Shown here piece after piece: positions 1 through 9,937 of a stretch of DNA of 48,272 nucleotides. The DNA comes from Catajapyx aquilonaris (Eukaryota). The notes beneath the pieces were generated by a model that ran no database searches, had not been told where the DNA came from, and saw nothing but the letters and a program-made list of their open reading frames with translations. The stretch's first letter is position 1, and each line of letters starts with the position of its first letter. A program made the translations under genes and the position numbers. The stretch is from positions 1 through 48,272 of the forward strand of contig JYFJ02002966.1 of assembly GCA_000934665.2 (NCBI GenBank). The letters are read 5' to 3'.

Positions 1-744
1 TAGTTACATAAATGACTTCAGCGAAATGTTATCTGGATAAGTCTTTTTATTTCATTGTTATTGTACTTCATGATATACTTTCAAAAAGTGACACTGAATA
101 TACAAACTTTACATAGAAGAGCGTACTCGATGCACAAAAGCTGAATAAGGAATACCAATGAACAAAAGAAACATACCTGGATTGCCATATAACAATGTAG
201 GTGAGATATGTAGTTTGTGCAGTTTGTCTCTGGATAACATTTCCCTTCCGAGAAATGTTCAGAATGTTCTGCTCTAACGATATATTAAACTTCTCAAAAG
301 CACAATCACATTCACATCACGTCTATTGAACACATACACACACTCTTTATCAAAATGTATCAAAAATAAACAAAAAGAACACTAAAAGAGATTAACCAGC
401 ACAACTTTGGTTCTTCAAAGCAAGTCCGCATTACTGATCCCCTTCAAATGACAATAATTGAAGGGATGTGGTTCTTTATTTGACAGTTCCAAAACTGAAC
501 ACATTCTACCTTTGGCTGCAATATAAGCGTATCTAAAACTCAACCCCTTTGAGGAAGATGCATGTTGACACGTGCTGTAAAAAAAACTTTTTTTGGAGTT
601 AAATGCAACATGCTCTTTGAGGTTAAGTTACACAAATGCACCATTTTGGTCAGAGCCACATCCCTGACATTTGATTGTGTATTACTATCAAGGCAGTGTT
701 TTCTTGTCTCATTTCACAGTTTCCCTTGCTGGGAAACACACTGG

Positions 745-3700
745 CTAATACTGTGCGGATGGTCCATTGTAGGAAGAGATAGAGTTGGGGGTGTGGAGGG
801 GCGAGGAGGAATTTGAACCAGGTGAATGCAGATCATTCCTGAGGGCACCTCTTAAGGCCCCATTTTTGGTGATGCCATACACTGTATATGAGGATGGAGT
901 GATAGAAGGGTTGACTCCACGAGAAGCAGACCCGTATGCGGAGTCAGATGAGTCATCTCGCCGTGACATGCATGCAGATGATGGCCCGGTGGGAAGAGGG
1001 GTGTAAAGAGGCTCGCTGCCTGAATGTCCCCCTCGTGGTGAGTAAAAGACACCAGAATTGTCATCCCTTGTAGGTGGGGGTGGAGGAGGAGGTGGCGGTG
1101 GCGGCGGCGGCACTGGTGGAAGGGGTGGCTTAGCTACATACATAGCACTAGGAGGCCTGCCTAGGGACACCAAGCCATCTGGCCTATTACTTTGAACACT
1201 CCTAGCTGAGGTCAATGGTCCAGTTTTTGGTATCGTCACATAATCACCACGAGGAACCTGAAATGGACAAGATGAGGTATGTGTTACAAACCCTGCTGAA
1301 TGTAAAGATAGTAGTTATAGTGCTATCATGCCATGACTTGCAATGATTTATTTTGAACAACAAGTGCAAAATTGATCCGGGATTTGTTCTAACTTGTAGT
1401 AATGTCAGAGTAGTACCTTGGAGTAGACAGATTGTGAACGGTTCAGGTTGGATCTTGGCAGAGGTGGTCCTGGTGACTTTGCATAAAGTGACTTGGTCCC
1501 AGCATAAATAGACTCTGCACGCTCAGGGTTCGGACATGGAGGGGCTGAATAGAGTGATGCAGTGGCAATGTTGCTTGGAGCATAGTCACGAGAGTAACTG
1601 TTGCCCATGGGCGAGATGGGTCCTGACACTGAACTGGCTCCAGGACTCATGGCAGAGCGGTAATGGTCATAGTGCTGCGACCGCATGGTATTGAAAGCAT
1701 TGGTCAGCTTTGTAGGCCTGTCGAGGTCGTCGTAGGTGTCTTCATCGCTGTGGATTGATGACCCTGAAATAATCCGCATTTTTATTTATCACTGATTATT
1801 GTTAAAGCTTTACATTTAAAAATAATTCAGTATTACAGAATAGTATAATCTCAATGAAAATTATACAGTATACAATACTTTCGAGGAACACTTGCTACTT
1901 TTTAAGACTGGCATGCCTATAAGCTGAAGTGACTTTCCTCAAGCAAAGCCTTCATCAATATTTCAAGAAGTTTTTTGACTGTCAATGATGCATTATTCGT
2001 AATATGTTTCATTGCAACAAATGTGGTTGTGATACCAGTACTACTCCTTTACTTACCTACTAGTATTGAACTTTACAATTTCAGTGGAAGTGTGCACATG
2101 ATAGAATCAAGATAAGTTCATGTCAAGGGCCATCCTGGGAGCAGTTTGCAAGCCATATAGTGCATGCATGTATCTGGTGCATGAAGGGCTAGTACTATGC
2201 TCAGTGTCTTTTGGTTTTTGTGTTATTAATATTCAATAATTACATTTCATTGCCACTATTTGTGTCATGCTTTTAAGTGAAGTTTATCATTGACTTAGGT
2301 CTCACTCACTACCCCCTTTTTATACATCATCAATCAATGCAACTGAAATGCATTGATTGATGACCAATTTATTCATTAATCAGAAAATTGATTTCAAATG
2401 ACATCATCTTTCTAATAGAAATGCAAGTTGTTTGATTAATATATCAGACGCAATAATTGAATGAATTATGACACAGACTACTGTGAACTGTTGAGAAGTT
2501 CAAAATCACTCCTAACATATGCCATGTTAGTCAGGTTAGATCAGAAACATCCAAAATGAAAATGCACCTTTTCTTAGTTGCTGCAAAGCCTCACCTCCGT
2601 CGATCGAGTCCTTAGGCCGCTTGGAGCTTCTTCCTCGGAGGGTATTGAAAATAAACTTGTGGATAAGGCCAGCCAGTATTCCTCCCAAGTTTGGTCCAAC
2701 CCAGTAGATCTAGTTTTTTTGGAACAGAGGAAGCAAAACCAGTTGAGTTTCAATTAGCTCCCTAGTTATCAATGACAGTCTAAGAGCAAGTCTGGAAAAC
2801 ATACCCAATGGCTGTCCCATTTGTTCATGACAAATGCCGGGCCCAAGGATCGTGCTGGGTTCATGGACGCTCCAGTTGATGGCAGCTGCAGTAATAAAAA
2901 GAAACTTAAATATGCGGCTGTTTGTCACTGCTGAAGAGTTGCTTACTACATCCATGGAAAAAAAACCGTTCTGAAATGAGGCATGATCGTGCCTTGATGT
3001 TTACTCACAGCAATAAGAGAGCAGGCGAGGTAGGCGAACCCCACAGGAAGGGCTTTTTTCTGAGGTTCAGAGGCGCTCAGGTGTGTAAATACAATGATGA
3101 ACGTGAGCACAAACTCGATGGAAGCCACTTGCCAAGAGCCCAGTGACAGAGATGGGATGGTGGCGCCCAAACTGCCTTGGAATCCAACTGCTGTCACACT
3201 GAAGCATAAATAAAATCATTACATGGCATACTCCGGCATGTGTCGAAATGATGACATTAGTTGTCATAACGTGGAGACGAAATGTGGCATAGTGTATGGA
3301 AAGAGACACAGTAACATAGAGTAAAGATTAATGAATATTGGAATCATTATTTTGTGCTGTTTTTCTTTTAAAATATGAAGCATGATTAACTGCATTCCAT
3401 CCACAATCCATTCCCGACCCTCTAATTAACTAGAATTTCTTTATTAATAGAATAAACCAGTTCAGCAGATGAAAATATCATGCCTCAATGATGTTGATGA
3501 ACAATTTCTGGCCAGCGGGCTCATATTGGTTAACAACGAAACACACTGGCAACACGGGGCACATGCCCTCCGCTTTGCACCTGTCGCCCCCTTTTTTTTG
3601 GAAGTAATTGCTCCAGAGGTTATGATGGGCAAGACGTTTGGAACCATGCTGAGGCGGCAAAAAAGCAAAAAGGCCCTTATAAAAAAAGCGCCCATGATTG

Positions 3701-6700
3701 GGCTGGGAATAAATGAGCGGCTCATTCACCGTGAAGTAAAGCAACATCGTTTATTTCACCTCACTGATTATATCTTCTGATAAAGTCCACCTGGAAGGTC
3801 ATATCCACATGACCTCCAACTACCTTATACATATGCCGAATGTTTTGACAACACCTTGTCATCTGCCACCATGATATCGCCTTAGGCCAAACAACAATCG
3901 AGTATCAATAGTCAAGTTTCTCCGGAGTCTAGTCATACGATCTTTTGATAGAGGCAGTTTAGCAAGGGCGTCCAGCAGACTCCACTTAAATAATTAAGGG
4001 CCGACTTGGCCCCAATTGAACGGTCGGCCAATGGCAGCGTCGCCTGTCTTTCTTCATACCCGAGCCCACGCACTGCTCAAGACTATCCACCACAAAACCA
4101 AGAGCTAAGAAAAGTCGGAATAAAAAGACGACGCCTTGTAACTGGATACGGCAGCCCAGCTCAAGCAATCTACGGGAACATGCAGGGGGTTAAAAAAGGT
4201 TATCTAAATCTGTTAGAAGAGAAAAAAAAAAACAACACACGTGGGAACATGGAGGACTCAATTTGTGCTGGTTGTGGCCCAGTTTCGCCCAAATCATATG
4301 TGCATACGTATGTTTCCTGTATGGACATTAAATAAATGCGCGGCCCATTTGATTTGAAATTTCAATCAGGCTCAGATTTATTCCGTCAGCTTATGGAACA
4401 ATGTGCGTGCAGCATGAAAGGAGTTCCTTGAATGCCGTGCGAGGAAATGTAAAGCATTATTTTATTATAAACGGCTTGAGAGAGTTGGTTCTGGAATGGG
4501 TGGGAAAGTACAAATTAAAGGCAGAGGGACCGAAAATTACAAGAATGGAGGAGGAGACAGGTGATGGTGAGTCATGGGAAAAGAGGCAAAGGGGCAGCAG
4601 ATGATGCTGGGGGTATAGAGGACTGATGTTGCGGGGGGAGAATATGGCGTGGGATCCTCTGCAACCCAACCCCCTATGATCCCCCCCACGTCCCACGACC
4701 CCTCTCGGAGGTCAAAGGCCGACCCAGCACTTTACACAACTCTCGAACAATCTTCCTGCACAATCTGAATAGCTTCCGCACGATTTTCACGGGAATTTGG
4801 ACACGCAGCAATAAAACGGATCCGGACAGTTCGTGTGTCACCCCTACTTCAAATCTTCAAGCTGGATGCTAATTTTCAAGGTTCGATGTCCTTTTTTTGT
4901 GTGTACCTATAAGACAAACCCTAGCAGATGGCCAGAACTGACAAGGTGAAAACGTGATTGCCAGGTAGTGCACGAGACTTTGGGCACGAGGCCGGAAGTG
5001 ACCCTTTCTTGTGCCCTGCCCACAATCTGCTGCGTGTGTAGCAGCTGGTCCTCCTTGGAAGGGAACACAAATCCCTCAAGTTTTGGAAGCCCCGGGTCAA
5101 ATTCCGGTAGTAGTCATACCCCCGTGCCATATAATCTCCCCTTGCCCCAAATGTTCACTACTTTTTTTTGTGAACTTGCCCTATCTTTTCCTTTTGGGAT
5201 TGAATTACCTCTTTTTATCCCAAGATTTGTCTGGATGCCTTGTGTGCAATGCAAACGAGATGAGCTCATACGAATACAATTTTGTAAAAATTCGACAAAA
5301 AAATTTGAAGTAGTAGCACATGTGTGCATTTCGCATAAATGGTCATCAGTGCACCTCATCGCAATTTGGGTGTCCTTTTGTGGCCATTCAGGCGAATCTG
5401 AGCCGACGATTACCCACCCTATCCATCCATCCATCCCCTCAGAAAAAAACCCTCAACAAAGGCGGCTTACTTCCACCCCAGCCCCCGGACCGACCCCGAT
5501 GGCTGTCCCTAACCTTTTGGTAGTATCCCTGCAGGGTCTGGGCACGAGGAGGAATAAATAACGGGAGACGAAAAAAAAGCAGCTTCGAAAGGAAATGAGA
5601 GAAGGAAAAAGGTCGACCGGTGGTCCGACAGAAGCAGCCAACACCTGGCCTTCTGGAATGCAATGGCCGGACGGGGTGGTGGGAGGGGAGCGTAAGAAAC
5701 CTGACCAGATAGGTATCCTGTTCTACGCAATATGAGACACCTGAATGAAAGGGGCTTCTTGCTGATTGGTTCGAAAATAACTGTCACAATGCGTGATAAG
5801 CAGCGTCTTTGTTCCGAACACTACCATCTGGCCTTGGTCGCTTATCCATGTGCGAACTTTGCACTTGTCAACTGATATTTTACGACATCTGCATGCGATA
5901 TCCCCAGACGGTTCCAAGTGACCACCAACATGCATGTCTCCCCTTCCACATCTGGTCCCACTTGGCCCGCATCATCCTTTACCCACCCTCATCCCCGGAG
6001 GAATGAGCCGTCAATGCAGTCCTATTGTCGCTGGCACATGAGCACGGGAACATGTGCAACTCCCCTTCCCCTGATGGGACTTCCTGGCCCCTCCCGAGGG
6101 GTTGCCTTTTTAAAGCCGCTATTAATTAACTATTATTCTGATGCCGAGAGTTGCCCCCTTGTAACACGTTGCTGAATGAAGAATGATCGACCCTTCTTGC
6201 AAGGACCCTTGTTATTTCCAACCATCAGGTCATTGGAGGAAGTTCCTCCTGCCACACCCTTGGTGGTCTCAAGTGAAAGCAGCCTCCAAGAACAAGCTCA
6301 TCGGTTGGTGTTGGCCGAATTGCCGCACAGGTGCATCATATTAGTAGAAATGGCGTGCAGGAACGGGGTGAAAGGGCAGGTGTGGGTAAAATGGGCACCA
6401 AGGCTCCCATGAAGACGGGGAGGGCGGAAGTGGGTGGGTGGCCGGTGTATGGCCTAATTGCAAGCGAAGTCTGGATAATGAGTGCCTTTGGAGCTAGCAT
6501 TGACCCTTCTGATTCTCCTCAACTTTGGGAGCAAACCTGTTGGCAGCCAAGGAGTTTTGGTCTGCTTCTTTTTGGTTCGCAATGGGCCTTGAAGCCTTCC
6601 CGTCTGGCCGAATGTATGGCCTCCCTTGTTCCATCACCAAAAAGGTTCTTTCAGACGCCCCAGACTATACAGCCCACTGACAGTATCGGTACATCGATAA

Positions 6701-7497
6701 GACAGCTTGTAATCAGATGAGCTCATTAACAAGCTGCACCCGATTTGGGCAGGACCTGGAGTGTATCCAGAGCTGAGAAAGTGTGAGCAAGCACTTAAGA
6801 CGAAGCAGCTGTGTCGTCTAAGGAACAAGCAAAATGGCAGCTGCATAGATGCCCCCATCTGGCCATCCAGGGAGAATTCCTTTGGGGTCTCCTTTTTCGG
6901 GGTCCGCTCCCCCACGCTCAACAAACACCCTTCCTTTTATCCCCGTGCACCACTTGGTCTTTTCAACCCCCAGAGACTCGTATTTATTGCCTACCCAGTA
7001 CCCAACCCCACTTGGCTGGAAAAGTCCCCAGAAATGGCGTTCCCAACTAAATATTGCACTACTGACCCATAGACGAGGGCAGCCCCGGCGATTCCTCCTC
7101 CGCATTGGGCCGTCACATACAGAAGGGCTCGAAGTGGCGATATCTTGCCGGTACACACCATGGCCAGGGTGACGGACGGGTTCAGGTGAGCACCTGAAAT
7201 CAATCAGATTGTCACACCTGGCCGTATCGAGGTGGTGGCAGGGTCCTCACCTGAGATGGGACCGAAGCAGTGGGTGAGGGTGGCCACGGCGAACCCGGCT
7301 GCCAGGGCAATACCGACGAAAGGCGGGAAGTGTCCGGTCCATGGGACGGATGCGCTGCAGACCATGTAGACGAAGAAGAAGGATGCCAAACACTCGGCGA
7401 TGATGGCCCTCCAGAAGTGCAGGGTGCGAATCTCCACCTGCATGGGCAGGACCACGCTGCCGGTCTCGGTGTCATTGCCTTCACTCAAGCTCCCCAT
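745..7497 (-). CDS. bib: Neurogenic aquaporin big brain (Bib), ~539 aa, 7 coding exons
   Basis: Exons (minus): 7497-7251, 7193-7067, 3198-3009, 2885-2805, 2709-2595, 1763-1417, 1257-745. All introns are GT..AG with matching phases (total 1620 nt). MIP motifs: [60 protein letters not shown] Bib-type long tail follows ([23 protein letters not shown], polyproline). Candidate AATAAA on minus strand at 475-480 and 46-51. Confidence 0.93.
2327..2363. repeat. Perfect 15-bp inverted repeat with 7-nt loop in bib intron 5
   Basis: TCATCAATCAATGCA (2327-2341) - ACTGAAA - TGCATTGATTGATGA (2349-2363). Confidence 0.9.
3199..7066. promoter_or_regulatory. Large bib intron 2, putative bHLH/Su(H) enhancer region
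   Basis: By far the longest bib intron (3.9 kb). It holds nine CAGATG/CATCTG E-boxes, five RCAGSTG E-boxes and one CGTGGGAA at 4240-4247. Confidence 0.4.
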
Positions 7498-7990
7498 CCT
7501 TGTATCCTTGACCGACGGCACTTGTGGCCCACGCACATCCAGGTGGCTCACCGCCCCCTAAACCGGCACCAAACCAACCTTCCTCCGCCTCTGACTCCTT
7601 CTTCACGACTGAATTGGGCGCCCCAGGATGGTGAGGGGCAAAGGGACTGCGCACGCGCTCCATCTGTCCATCATAGGCTTGGTCACTAAAGACGGCCAAT
7701 CGGGGATTTGAGCGGGAATTTTCTTTTGTCTGAGGATTAGTCACACACTCACCATTTTGTTTTGTTCAGTTATGTTATTTAAGTTAGGTACCGGTACCAT
7801 TTCTGGTGGCTTAGTTTACGGCTTCTGTAAAAGGAACACCGATATAATATCACATGCGATAAAACATTGAGATAAAATCGCTTCATTTCATGTGGAGCTG
7901 CGTTGCTACATGTAGTATAGCCTGAATTTTCTGAATATTCCAGAAAGTGCCAAAAGCCTCTGTCGGAAAGGAGGGTGGAGGATTTTTTTT

Positions 7991-8008
7991 TCTCTCTCTC
8001 TCTCTCTC
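7991..8008. repeat. (TC)n microsatellite upstream of bib
   Basis: TCTCTCTCTCTCTCTCTC preceded by a T-run. Confidence 0.85.
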
Positions 8009-8211
8009 TTTCCTTATTTTTTTTTGTCGCCTACACAGCAAGTAGAGTAGGAAATAAGCCAGCGTAGTTGAAGACCTGAAATGTAGAACCCGAATAGAAT
8101 CACAATTTGATTGAAATTAAGTAAGACGTTGGGAGATTATATCCCTTGACACGTACCGCTTCGATCTTCAAATCCTCCAGATTACCACACCTACCAGAAG
8201 GCCTAATGTCA

Positions 8212-8280
8212 CTTAAATGCTGAACGATGCTAGTGAGTCACGACTCCTCTCAAGAGCTATAGGATCGTTCAGCATTTCAG
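8212..8280. repeat. Inverted repeat / hairpin upstream of bib
   Basis: AAATGCTGAACGATGCTA (8215-8232) pairs with TAGGATCGTTCAGCATTT (8260-8277) at 17/18. The spacer contains GAGTC-AC-GACTC and CTCT-CA-AGAG micro-palindromes. Confidence 0.8.
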
Positions 8281-9270
8281 GTCTCCATTAAATTAATGCT
8301 ATCTGCTGTTTGAAAATCTTAAATATGAAGAAGAATTTTTATTGCAGTACGCTACACTAGTATTTTTATAGCTACCCATCATATTTAATGGTTAGTAGTT
8401 TTTGTTGAGGTCTAAACGTGTACAATTCGTAAATTAAACTCAGCCGGGTTGTTGCGCAGTCATGACAGGGTATAACAACGTAAGGTGCGCATAGCAAGAG
8501 CTGCTGACACTTGACAAACGCGCAGGGGAAAGAAATGCTGACAAGGATGATAAGGCTGAAGGGCATTGCTGGGATGGTTGTGGGCTGGAAGTTTATGGAA
8601 AGCAGCAAACCATCTTCGTTCCTTCCCCACTTCTTCCTTCTCTGTTTCCTCCTTCTCTTCCACGCACCCCATCTATTCTTGCTGTCATGCCTGGCAGGAA
8701 GCCAGCTGGAGAAACATTTCTGTATACGTCGCTCGTCTTCTTCCTGCTGCCACTGCCAATATTGCTTCCATCTCCTCGACCCCCATCTCCGCATGCCATG
8801 TCAAGTCGTAAAAACAATTTATATAGTTGCTTTATCTCAGCGTCTGGCCGTCTGCTTATCACGATATCAGTCCCGTAGATAATTTTTAAATGTAGATGAC
8901 CAGTTTGGTTAAGTGATGCTGATTGCTGACAGTGAGATGGTACAAAAACGAGTTGCAGTTTTGCTAAGAAAATATTGCGGTATTGAAGATATTCCGCTGA
9001 AGAAGTTGAGGATGTGGGAAGCAGAGGGCATAAGAACGTGGGCGTTTTACGATTTTAGATGCCGAACCAAGAGATGGCGGCACAAGGTTTGTTGTCAGTC
9101 TTTCTTTACAGATTACCGCCGATACCATGATTGACACGTTCCGAATTCAGTAAATACTACGCAATTATGACACTCGTGTAGGTACATAAGAAATTTATTC
9201 AAAATTAAACGTTGTACAACCTCTAGCATAGTATTCGGAAGTCATGAAGTCACGATAATGTCTCGCAGGA

Positions 9271-9937
9271 TCACTGTACGACATCGTCGAACTGTGCCCA
9301 AAACTGACTGCGGAGGTTGTCGAGGTGAGGATCCAAAGGTCCAAGTTTCCTGGAGCGAAGGATTCCTGCCGTCTTGTCCAGCATTTGGATGATGGCAATG
9401 TTCCTGTCCATCGACTCTTTGGCTTGTTGGGACAGTCGATGCTCCGCCGCAGCCACGGGATCCTCTTCTATTTGGGTGAGCAGAGGACGGATTGACAGCT
9501 TGGCCCTTCTGCAATACGTGAGATCCCATGTCAGATTTCATGAGTGGGTCAAGTCAAAATGCAACTTACATCCGCTCCTTACGAGCTTGCAGCTGGGTCT
9601 CATCCTTGACGAAGGCGTAGTGGACAATGCTGGCGGAGGAAGCCGGATACCCCCGATACATATTGTTCGGCTTCTCCATCTTACATGGACTAATGGAACA
9701 AGCAGCACGAGGACTGGCCAGGTGTTCTACCCACAGGTACTTTACTATATCAGGATCAATAAAAGGTTGCCAGGTAGTAGAATATTGATTCAGGTCATCA
9801 GAATGAGTCGCCCAGCCACGTGCCCCATTGCCATTGACCTTGCCGTATACGCTGCTCGTATATACGGTCTTTCTGACCATTCTTGGCAGGGTGTCTAATG
9901 TGGCGACAACATGCTGAATCGAGGATGACATACACAT
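9271..9937 (-). CDS. Unassigned two-exon protein-coding gene (~182-201 aa)
   Basis: ORFs 9967-9566 and 9456-9271 join in frame across a 61-nt intron 9569-9509 (AT|GTAAGT ... TATTGCAG|A), giving ...QLQARKERIRAKLSIRPLLTQIEEDPVAAAEHRLSQQAKES...FWAQFDDVVQ*. ATG at 9937 or 9880. AATAAA on minus strand at 9194-9199. No family recognised. Confidence 0.6.

Noticed and set aside
4968..5561. 197-aa plus-strand ORF in bib intron 2
   Set aside because: Non-ATG start, no recognisable domain and no splice support; consistent with a chance ORF.
8372..8882. Overlapping ORFs upstream of bib
   Set aside because: A purine/pyrimidine-skewed tract leaves several frames open, none protein-like and none with splice support.
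9374..9898. 174-aa plus-strand ORF
   Set aside because: It is antisense to the minus-strand model, which has splice and poly(A) support. It also has a TTG start and no recognisable domain.
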